Below the pieces are notes generated by a model that did no database searches, was not told where the DNA came from, and saw only the letters and a list, made by a program, of their open reading frames with translations. From positions 332,482-396,481 of the forward strand of contig NW_002060952.1 of the NCBI RefSeq assembly GCF_000150275.1: a DNA stretch of 64,000 nt, given 5' to 3'. Positions 39,340 through 51,600 of this stretch are shown piece by piece (the first letter of the stretch is position 1; every line of letters starts with the position of its first letter). The position numbers and the translations under genes were made by a program. The stretch comes from Trichoplax adhaerens (taxonomy: Eukaryota > Animalia > Placozoa).

Positions 39340-42300
39340 ATGTTTACCATTAAATAGAAGTTTATAATCTAAAGTTATGAATGATATCCAATTATTTAAC
39401 TTCTGGCCAACACCAAAGATTCTCAGCTGGAGATTGTAAATCTGGAATAGCTATAATCCTCTGACGTCATAATAAATTAGACTTGAATCGACGTGAATTT
39501 TGATATAGTTCTTCCATTTTTTTCGATAATGATAACATTATCTAAAAATCAATCACGTATTATTTGTACTCAAATTACTGATAATAAAAAATAGCGTTGT
39601 GATATGATTATCATGTTAGTATAGAAGCTATACACATATCTTGAAACCATAACTATCGCAATACTTTACTCACCTCGTATGAAAAGTCTCCAACTACATG
39701 CAGAAGCATATTGATAACTTTAATTAATATTGCAACGTTTGTACAGAACAGCAACTTAGATAGGAAATTTAATCCTATTTGAATCAGCTTTACTGGAAGT
39801 TTTTGACAACGAAATAGCAAAATAAAAACAGTAATTACCCATATTGACGTTAAAATTTGATATAATGCATCTTAAAGCAGTTCATTTATTGCAGTTTAAA
39901 TCATCATTAACTCTCATGTAATTTAAAAATAAAACTGGGCCTTGTCTTATAGCATTAGTATCTTGAGCTAGGTATTTAATTGTAATTTGAATTATGAATC
40001 CCTTCAAATATTAATCAGCATTACAAATCAGTTGTAGTCTATTTCAGATCATTAAATCAAATAAACAGACAAAATGATATATCCGATCAATATGCTAGTA
40101 CATTGTTATTGAAGCATTTTACCAGTGGGATAGACTGATAATATAGAATCAAAAGCAATGAGTCATAATATCGCCTTTCAATCCAAACATTATTCAGTCC
40201 ATTAATCCAGCAAAAGGTTATCGTTTCGTAGCTGTAGATGATAAATCAATCAAGTAATTATATCGTTATAAATTACCGATAAAAGATCGTATTTAAGAGT
40301 TTCAAATTTAAAAATGAGTGAACCAATATCCCGGAATTAAAGGTTTTCATATAAGATTGTGCAAAGGTTAACGTGCAAACATTAGCCCATACATTGATAA
40401 ATCGAAGCAATAATAATGAAGTTTACGTCAGATATACATCGTGCGGAATATAAAGACTTCATACAGTGATTACTAAAATTTACCGAGCAACGTTATATGG
40501 TATCCTAAGTTTATTAAGCAATAAATACCAACTTAATAAAAACTATACAAGGATAAGGATATTTCCTGAAAGGAGGAATGCTTCAATTGGCGTAGAATAC
40601 CGGATAACTTTGACATAGTTTGGTACGTAATATTACAGCTTTCAGAAGCTAAATTAAATAAGAATGCTGCAACATGCTTCAATTTTAAATTGTAGAAATT
40701 AAACTAAACTCTATTATTTATGTTCTATAGATAAGTACTGTATCTGTTCCCTAGTGGATGATTCAATATATTTATCCTATGTAATAAACAAGGACTGATT
40801 CATAGCACTTTGCATGCCGTAATCGTTCATATTCCTTACGCAGCATTGCACATATTCTCCTTCCAATGTATTAAATATGTTAGGCGTAAAGAGCTCATAG
40901 CTTTCATGAAGACTACCATCGAGAAAGCTACTATCTACACAATAGCAAGTATATTGTAGTAATAATAGTAAAATATGTATAACAGCTGCTATTCATATTC
41001 AAAAGCTAGAAAAATCTGTTCGAATCTTGCTAGAATTGCAGCAATTCCATGAAATGACTGTCTAGTTAGTATAAATTTGTACTGATTCCACATTCTTTTT
41101 CTATTCCAATTTCGTTTGTACTCTATCAGAACAATTTCCCATATGATGCATATTATTTTGTGTGAATACTGAGTCCAGCTACTACTGTACTAGCTAGTTA
41201 CTATCCTATCATGAAAGGTAATAGAGTAAATGAGTCTGATTTTAGTGTAAAGTTATTAGTTTATGTTCAAAAATTAGCATTTTAAACATAATTTAAGATA
41301 GTAAGACTTGCAATCCATACCAATAGAATCATATACTTTGTTTACTTACTCCTCTACAGAGATTTTACAGCCTGATATACTGTGCATTCAAGATAAGAAG
41401 CGCAAACAACATAACTAACCACAATTCATTAATTATATATGCATAGGGGGTCATTTTTAATAGCAGCCTGTAGGCCAAAGGGCCTGACATTTTACATAAT
41501 CTAAGAATGCTATGTCAACAAAATTGTTGTTATTTTTCGTATCCTGAGTAATTACCTCTTGTTAAATTGAAGTCTAAACCAATGAATAAGTCAATAAGTA
41601 TTCTTCCTAAACAAACAAATTAACATCATAATATCAGTAATAAACTCTTTTGTTCAGTATTCCATTAAATTTCCATCATCTGTATGAGTCTAATTTATTC
41701 AGCCATTAATTTAAAGTAATGAAGCTGTTTACTGCATATAATAATTATGCATGAATGTTCTTGGTAGAAGGAGCAATCAATATTTTTTATATCATCCAAT
41801 TTAATAGTAAACATTTCAATACAAAAACAAGTGATAAAACTATTTTAGAAGTGATCATTAAGGAAATAACTTAGCCCGTCATAATGCCATATGTTAACAG
41901 CATTTGAGAGTGATTCAAATAATCTACCAGCAGTTCAATATAGCACTCAAATAGAATGATGAACAGCTAATATGAAGGAATCTTAATTAATATAAACATA
42001 GTAATTATAAATGAGGAGAATGTAAAGCTAGATTGCCAAAATGAATCATATTGAAATGGCATTGCATTCCGCTTGGCATCATCTTTAACCATTCTTCTAA
42101 TACAATCTGCCTTTGAAAGATCTTAGAGTACTGGTTATCCACCATCTACTGTGACTATTGCAATCTTTCATTAAAGTTATAATATATCCCAATTTTAATG
42201 CTGACTTACTTCCTCAAAGCTTGTTTTTCACAAAACCACTGCTAATCAGTAGTATAAAGAACGTAGAATATATCAAGATCGATATTATGTAGAAAGTTCA

Positions 42301-42405
42301 GTCCTTTTTACAAAAATGTTATTGCAACCAAGAGACAACATAGCAAATGTTATCATATCATAGTGATTTCATCGCTGAGCAGCACAATCTTGCGTGTGTA
42401 TACTG
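39340..42405 (-). pseudogene. Decayed multi-exon gene, probably a class C GPCR (GABA-B-like Venus flytrap + 7TM)
   Basis: GT-AG-bounded exon remnants occur in GABA-B order: YTRKIVLL...LLCCLL, AMPFQYDSFW (cf. AxxAYDAIW), LSNAVNIWHYDGLS/GRIL (cf. MNxTxFxGxSGxVxF), KVIRYSTPIEAFLLSGNILILV*FLL (cf. LIKMSSP...TM2), YETITFCWI, and a further hydrophobic exon. In-frame stops and phase mismatches are present. Confidence 0.4.
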
Positions 42406-43529
42406 TAGAAGGATTATCGCAAAAATTTGCAGCTCTAAGATTAATTTAGATAGCTACGGTTTATATGTAAAAATTTCTATATCTGCACAATGAGAGTTAA
42501 TCAAATTTTATGGCTACAGATTGTTACTGCTTTAAGTTTGTAGCGTGGTTAGCATTGATCATTAATCTTCTATATTTTAAATTATCATAATAATGGTTGC
42601 AATCCCAACTCGATTAGTGCATAACTGAGGATTGATTTGCAAATATTTCTAAGTCCAAAGATTATTGAAAAGATCTACTAAATCAACTGACATAAGTATA
42701 ATGTTATTTCCGAGATTGAGCAGCAAGATATCGATCATTAGTCATGGATATCGCTGATAACTAATTTTGTATTCTGTAGAAAAAAATATTAAAAAGCTGT
42801 AAATTCTAGCTTAGCCTTGAATAGCTACGATCGATTTAAAAAAAATTTCTCATATCCAAATAACACTGAAGAGTATTACTAAATCAAATTGTATAGCCAC
42901 AGATTGCTAAGGTTCAAAATTAACATCGTGATAACGATAATTACAATTTGTCGTGGACAGCATGATAATTGTATTATAAATAATCTTATATGCTCGTATT
43001 GTATTCTAGAACGATCACAGCAAATGTAGCAATTCTAATTCGGTAAATGGATAATTATAGCTAATGTGCAAAAGTTTTCATATCTAATAGCATTAAAGAG
43101 AATGATTAAGTCGAATAGGATAGCTGCAAATTATTACAGGTCAAGTTTAGTAGCATGATTACGATAATTTATGGTGGGTAACACGGCTAATCAAAGTTAA
43201 ATTTATACGCTATGCTTAAAAAAGATCATAAAATAGGAAAAAATTTCAATTTGGTAAATAGACGACAACACTCAATTTGTAGAAGCTTTTACTTGTAAAT
43301 AACATTAAGAAGAATTACCAGATTAAACTGTATGGTTGTAGATCGTAATTTCTTGAGCTAATAGCATGCTTGTAATAATATAGAGGTAGATAATTAATTA
43401 ACCTTACATATTTTAGAAGGATTATAGTAAAGGCTGTAATTCTATCTGATCTAGTGGATTACTATGGTTAATTTGCAAAAATTGTCATACTCAAGCAACA
43501 TTAGGCAGAATTACTAGTGATAAAATTAT

Positions 43530-44780
43530 AATGTATACTTGCAGAATGTTAGTACTGTAATGTTTAATCATAAAGAATGCCGATAAATGTTCTTCTATAC
43601 TTTAAAGTGATCATAGCAAAAGCTGCAATTTAATACTAACTCTGTCAGCTATAGCTTATTTATCAAAGTTTTCATATTTTAATTACGCTAAACAGAATTA
43701 CTGAGTATCCAATTGTATGTCTATAAAACATTAGAGCTCCAATTAGTAGCACAAAAATACTGATTAACAGTGGATGATGGTGATAAATAATTTTATGAAT
43801 ATTTTAAAATGATCATTGCAAAGGCTACATTTCAACATTAACTTTTTCAATTATGGCTTATTTACCAAAATTTTCATACCTTAATAATACTAAAATAGAA
43901 CTACTCAGAATCCAATTGCATGTCTATAAAATGTTAGTACTGTAGTTATTAGTACGAAAATACTGATTAATAATAGATAACGCTAATAAATAATCTTTTA
44001 TACTTTCAAAAGATTATTGCAAAGGCTATAATTCAGCGTTAACTCTTTCAGCTATGGTATATTTACCAAAATTTTCATATCTTAAATTAATTAATAATAC
44101 TAAATACAACTACTCCAATCAAATTATATATCTGAAAAATGTTAGTACTGTAGTTAGTAGCATGAGAATATTGATTAACCAAGGATAATGTTAATAACCT
44201 TTTATACTTTTAATGATTATTGCAAAGGTTACAATTCAATGCTAACTCTTTTCACTATGACCTATTTTACCAAATTTCATATCTTAATAATACTAAATAG
44301 AACTACTCAGAATCCAATTTTGTATGTGTAAAATGTTAGTGCTGCAGTTAGTAGCACGAAAGTATTGATTACCCATGGATAACGCTAATGAATAATCTTT
44401 TCTATGTTCAAGTAATTATTGTAAAGGCTGCAATTTAACGTTAACTCATTCAACTATGGCTTATTTATCCAAATTTTCATATCTTAATAATACTAAATAG
44501 AACTACTCAAAATCCAATTGTATATCTGCAAAATGTTAGTACTCTAGTTAATAGCGCGAAAATATTGATCAACCATGGATAAAGCTAATCAATAATCTCT
44601 ATACTTTCCAATGATCATTGTAAAGGCTGCAATTCAACGTTATTTTATCGGTTGGAGCTGATTTGCAAAAGTTTTCATAACTTAATGATACTAAACAAAA
44701 TTATTCAGGTGCAAATTGTCTATCTACAGAATATTAGTGCTCCACTCAGTAGTACGATCATAATAATTAACCATGAGGCA
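43530..44780. repeat. Diverged tandem array, ~6 x 190-210 bp
   Basis: taatactaaatagaactactcagaatccaatt...aaaatgttagtact...tgcaaaggctacaatt...ttaactct recurs near 43686, 43886, 44096, 44289, 44479 and 44689. Confidence 0.9.
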
Positions 44781-45678
44781 ACGTGGATAACTAATTATTG
44801 AATAAGTGAAAATAATGCCTAGTTTTAGTTAGACTACAAAGTTGCAAAGCTACTCCAACTGCTATTTAACACCATGAAAGATTTACTTTTCAAGGTGCAA
44901 TTATTGTCAAATTTAGCAAACTATCTATCACCTATTCCTCTCTATTTGGAGTAGCATGGCTATTCCTGTCTAGCTAAGAGCAGATAGAATGCTTGCTTTG
45001 TCCTTTTTCTTCTGTGTATAGATCCTCTATCATCTCTATTGGTCCTATGCAGGAAGCTAGAATAGAATTAGTAGGAGGTCTACGTTATTTATTGTCTTAA
45101 TTAAATCAACTTGGAGCCATCCTCCATATTCAATGCTATTCCATATTGTAAATAGCCTAATGAATTGTCATTCAAGTAATTCTTTATTGTCCATCATGAT
45201 GGTCGGCATAAACTAGCAAATGTCTGCCAAAGTAATAATATTCATTATTCTAGAGGGCACCAAGTCGACCAGGCGGATCTTACTCATTGAATTAACGTGT
45301 TTACACAAATATATGACGAGAAGATGTTGCAACTGTATATTGTTAGCAAATGATGACTGTATTTAATTATGAATTAGCGATAAATTTTCCCATCGGCTAC
45401 TTGGTTATACTGGCTTAATAAATATTTTAAACATCGATTAGTTATACAGTATAAAATGAACTCCATATTATCATTTTCCTAGCTAGCTTACAACATTGCC
45501 TTGATTCAGTTGATATTTATATTATTGGCCAAATAAGTTCGAAAGCGTTTACTGACTACTCTATTACTACATTTTTTTCTCCCACTGCTGTTAGTCCTAG
45601 TAACATAGTTAATCCCATCTTTATTCAACGTTATTCATCTATTGTAAGGATACATGTCCATCCATTAGCACGATCATC

Positions 45679-48600
45679 ATGTTGAGTAAATTGGATGTTG
45701 CTCAAAACGAAGCATTGATCGAGGTAAGTTTATTTTTCCTATTGATTTAATTCTAAAATTAAATTATTTGCCGTCGTCATAGGGTAAAAATCTTAAGCAG
45801 CAATAAAATCAATTTTATCAAATTTCTATGCAATAGTAGTTAGCAGAGTAAGTAGTCTTTCTACTTCACGTTGACATTGTGAATGGATGACGGTAGCCAT
45901 AACTGCAAAGATCGTCGAGATTCAGCCATAACTAGGAATCGTTCTACGACATTTTTGTTAAAGATCTCGCTAGTATGATGACTTGTCTAATGTTACTGAT
46001 AGACATTGGATATTTAGATTTATGGATATCGATGTTAGGACAAATCCTTTACTTTCTATACAAGCATGTGCACCCCCAAAAAGTCGCCATTAAGCACAAT
46101 TTTGCATTAGTTCACCCTTTAAAAATGGCTACTTTTCCAGCAAAATTAACGCTCTTCCTTCGTATAACACTACTAGCGATCGTATAATAAATGCCCATCA
46201 CTTTCTACTTGCAAAATCAAGGCTTCTAATACGAAGAGAAAATCGTTCAATTACACTAGCACTGTTTGATATTAGAAAGAAGCAAGTGTAGTTATTTATA
46301 ACATCCATAGAAATATCTGCAAAAAAGTGATCATCAAGCCCAATCTTGTAGTGATTTAACTTTTCAAAATGGCTCTAGATTTCCAGCAAAATTGCCTTCT
46401 TCTTTCATACAACACCGTTCGTGATCAATTATCATCAATATCTATCCCTTTCAATTTAAAAAAAGCAAGGTTGCATTACGAAAGAAAATTTGCTTGATGG
46501 CACAATCAATATTTAGTATTAGAAATGAACGAGTGTAGTCATTCTTTTTGTTAAGTGTAATTATTGCCACCTTTCAAGAAAATCACTATACCAATTCAGG
46601 AGGTTATGTTGCTAATGAGTCAACGCAACTAGAGAAACTAGTCCGTAAATATCTATCAATAATTCTAATGTCTATTTCTGTATTGAACTTTCAAGATATT
46701 TCGAGTCTATTTAATAAGTAGGGACAAAATGAACGATGCCTTCTGTCCTCATCAATGCAGTCGAAACATGATTTTCTTTTATTAATCTCTTCCTTACTTA
46801 GCATTAATCCAGCCCTAATGCGACTCTCTGAAGTTAGTCTCTTTCTTGCTTGGTGCAAATCCAGTCAAAATACGATTCTCTGTGTATATAGTCTTCCTTG
46901 TTTGGCGCAATGCCTTCGATGATTATTATTTTAATGATAAATTGGGATAAAAATGAACTACGCCTTCCTGGCTGGTCAAGGCGGTCAAAATACATTCTGT
47001 GATATCTACTTTCTTCCCTGCTCGGCGTCGATGTAGTCTAAATACTATTCTCTGTTATTTTAGTGTATTCGTTACTTGGCGCAAGACCTTCTACAATTAT
47101 TAATTTGTTCGTCAATAGGGGTAAAAGTGAACTATCTCTTTTAGGCTTGCCAAGGTAGTCAAAACGCTATTCTCTGTCATTAATTTCTTCCTTCTTAGCT
47201 CGTCAACGCAGTCCAAATACTATTCTCTGTGATTTAGTTTCTTCTTTGCTTGACGCAATACTTTCTGTAACTATTACTTTATTAATAATAATTATTAGTA
47301 GGGATAAAAATGAACTATTTCCTCTTGGTATGTCAACATGGTCAAAACTACTATTTTCTGTTATTTAGTCTCTTCCTTGCTTGGTATGCTATCTCCTATA
47401 AATAATAACCTTTTTTCTGTGGATTAAGATCATAGAATACTGATTAAAATTTGTGTATTAGTAAGATCGAAAATTTCCTATCATTACTACTCTATCTATT
47501 CGTATCTTTCTACCTACATTAGGTTAGGATAGCCTTTCTAAACTATCCCAACCGTAATAATTTGAGAATTGGCTTCATGTAGCCTCTCTATCTTTCCTCG
47601 ATAATGGAAGTAAATGCACTCGTGTTTATTGTAGCTCCCAACATCACCACATGTTTTCCTTCTTTCTTTACAATGTCAGCCTATTCGATGAGTGCTTCAT
47701 CATTTTACTCTAAGAAGAACTGAAAAGGACAGCATAAAATGATCCATCGCGGCAATCGGCTATTGCTGTGATATGATCTATATAATTTATTTGACATGAT
47801 TATCAAAATGGTTCCCCTTCTGTAGACACCAATACTCTCTCTTGGCTAACGAATTTATCGACCTATTTTGACTTTTAAATAACTTTTAATTTAAGAATGA
47901 AGAAAGTCTAGTAGAGTAGGCACATAAAATAACATATCGAGCAAGTGGATAAACTTGATCAAAAGCTCTTTAGAGCTTTCTTTATCCTCTGTGATAATGT
48001 CCGAAAGGCTTAAGATTACCATTAGCCCGAATCAAGACCATTAGGATATTATAACAGGGGTTACCATCACTGATTTATACCTGTCTTTTGAACTAGGATT
48101 ATACGATATCCCTTTTTGATTAAGCAAGAAAGTTCAACATTCAATCTAATTGTTGTTGTTTAATTTATTTTGTTGTCTGTAATAGTTCCGCGACAATGTT
48201 AAATCACTACTGGATAAGCCAGAACAAGACTTGCACTTTCTACTGCGATTTTTACAAGGTAAGCTAAACTTTTATAGCTAAGGATAAAACTATTCCTTAT
48301 AAAGTAAATGAAAGAGCCATTTGGATAATCATCATATCATCGATGTCGTAAATAGCAAAAGGATGCCGATGGCATTGATATTGTACTTCTTTTTACGGAG
48401 ATTTGCACTTTTACTCTATTACTATCCTACTCACTTGCGCCCTCTACTTCTTCAACAAGTGGATAGAAATGCAATGGATAGAGTCCTTAAAGATACATTT
48501 GAATGCCAAATTTATCCCATTACAAATTTCTTATTGGATAACGAGGGGTAATTAGCAATACCTTGCATCATTCCTATGAAGTAAATTGATTATAGCCAGG

Positions 48601-51600
48601 CCTTGACAAACAGAAAAGCCATCAAACGAGCAATCCATAACAACTGCACGTAAAAATTTTCTAGGCTAAATAGCTTAAATCGATCAAGCTTTATAATTTA
48701 GCAACATCAATTTTATTTGAGTTCCATCTAAAATCAAGAGATGATTATTATCGTAAACCTCTAGTGCATTACTGACTTCCGTATAAAATATAGATGCTAT
48801 ATTGAGTGTATCTCAGTTTAATGAAAATGTCAATCTATTAATCCTAAACTTGCATACTGAATTACCAGTTTATTCCTTCTCTGGTAAAACTAATTCAACA
48901 GTATTTTATCACCCAAGGGCAATACCTTCTTCTAGCTTATTCTAGCACATCATTGAATCTATTCTAAAATTATTAGCGAATCCTTGAGTTAAGAAAACAT
49001 AGATGATCAACTGTTCAAAAGTATGCTAATGTTCTATTAGGAAAATATGATCTTGCCTACAAGTAGGCTAATGCTCACTTTTGCGATGGATTAATTCAGT
49101 AAAGCCATTACCCTCTGGATGATATTTGTAAACTAATAGTAAGCTCAGAAAATATGAAATACTACTTTACTACATGGATATCCATGCAAGATTATTCCAC
49201 TTATCATCAATAGTTTCTCATAGATCATTGTTGATATCAGATTACTTTTTTCTCATCATTATTCGGTAAAATCGTGAACTGTAGATCGATATACATTCAG
49301 AATTCGATACTACTGTACATAGAAGCAATCCATAGATGGGCGGTTGCATCTTTCAAGAAATAATCCCAAATTATCGGCCATGAAGTACTTCAAAGGTTCA
49401 TGAGATTTTTTGTGCTTCAAGTTAATATGATTTCTTTCAGCATGCGGTTGTGATGATCTACGGTTCAAACTATTAATATGTAGACATCGAACTCCTCCAT
49501 GTGAGAAATCAATGCCTTCAGTAGATCGTTAGAAACTCCATTTTAGTTGTATTAGTGATGCTTATGTAAATACTGCAGTCTATTTTTCTAAATAAACACT
49601 GACATAACATTGATATAATGAGTTAATTTCCCTCATTTGCATGTCTTTGAATGAATGCTTCAAATGGGGCTTTCCCTAAACTGATTATAGAATATCATTA
49701 GGATTGTAATTTAAATTTTACATATAGGTTTGCTATAACAGAAAATTACCTTGATGTACATCTAATTAAATCATTCTTCCCAACAATGAAGGATCAATAG
49801 TGATATTGACTTAACCGCTGATGCTAATGGCTGTTTTTTGGGCAAATCAATTAAATTCATTAACGAAACCCGTTAGCTTAGCACATGGGGTTATTTAAAA
49901 AATTATAGCCTATTGAATCAGATTTATATCTAAATTGATATCTTCATTTATACCTATGATTGCATATAACAGGTATAAGTATCTATCGAGACTCATGGCC
50001 AAATATCCGATTGTTGCTCACGATAAATCAAAATAATATGTTGCCTAGTCTAGAGTAAATGAATGTATCTTGCATTATACACTACCAAATCAGACTCAAT
50101 GAATTTATTCTTAGGGCTCTAAAAGTACATTTTAAATCATTAACTCCAGCATCATTAATTTCACTTTGTAAATATCCTTGCCGTATTTGTGTTATGAGCG
50201 TTATGTACGCTATCGCAACACTAGATCAATCATGCTAGCCAAGGTTAGAGACGTTATAGCAGTCTTAAATGCATAATCCACTTTTTATTTTGAATTACTT
50301 TCTCATCAGTAACATCTATATTCGCATTTTTATCGAATGGTGGGTAGAATGTTATGAATTAGACCTGTTGAGCTTAATTTTCATAGTTAAATATGGGGCG
50401 ATAAAAGGGACAGTATAGTAGGATACCCGTAAATGGTGCTAGAGGAATGTTAGCATAAGTTATAATAGTTGCAAATAGACTCAGAAACAAGTTAGAATAG
50501 CCACATTGAGCTTAATTAGTCTAATTCATTCTTGATTCTATTTGAGACTATTTGCAATTTACGCTAATATGACTCTACCATCATTTATTTCCTTCCATAA
50601 ATATTTTTTTGCTACAGAATGGTAGCATAAGCTGTAACAGACGTTAATAGACTCAGAAAAAAGTTAGAATAGCTATGTGGAGCTTAACTAATCTAATTCA
50701 TTCTTGAGCTTATTTAAGTCTACTTGCAATTTACGCTGACATGACTCTAGTATCATTCATTCCGCTCTATAAGTATCTTTACTATATCTAGACTTTGCAT
50801 ACCATTTCATCTCATATCTTACATGTATATCTCTGCTTGCTATAGAATGTTAGTATAGCCTATCATCGACGCAAATAGACTCAAAAATAAGTTAGAATAC
50901 TAGTAAATAATTTAATTAATGCAGTATGAGCTGCACATCATATTGTAGACTGAAATATCCTACTCAGTAAACCGGTATATGTAGTATCACGAGCGAGGAA
51001 ATATACTAGTGCATTTGCTATAAAATGTTATTATAACCTATGATAGACGCTAATAAACTCAAAAATAAGTTATAATAGCCATATTGAACTTAACTAGTCT
51101 AACTCATTCATATCCCATCAGTTAGATAATTGCTTGATAAGGTTATATTAAATTTGATTTATCATTGCTTGCTCATTATAATTACCTGAATATCTTCTCT
51201 AATCATTTTCTCTGACTAATCTTGATTAATCTTTACTTTCATTCATTTTCCCTGTGGTGCTTAATTCAAGCTAATAATTTCGATTTATCTAAGGCAACGG
51301 AAATGCTTAGAGAGGTAATTTTAGCTTTCAATGTCACTGTTTTTACTTGCTTATAAAATTTGCTTCAACAAAGATTGAATACTATCTATCGTAAAATTTG
51401 CCACACCAGAACTTAATTTTCCTACAAAAGTCTAATTATAAATCACTTTTATATCCAGCATGCACTAAAAGAATGGATTAAAATAGCTTTAGCAATAATT
51501 TAGAACTAAGCATAGAATAGGTCGGATTGAAACTGGCTATAGAGGCAGTTCTAATTCGACATGCGCACTATTTATCTTCTTAGTATGTCATTAGTCAAAA

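Noticed and set aside
39395-39475. In-frame TGA followed by an open frame (selenocysteine or readthrough)
   Set aside because: Neighbouring exons also contain TAG/TAA stops and phase breaks, so pseudogene decay is the simpler explanation. No SECIS was recognised.
42535-42560. tRNA-like A-box (gtagcgtggttagca)
   Set aside because: No anticodon arm, T-loop or acceptor stem follows.
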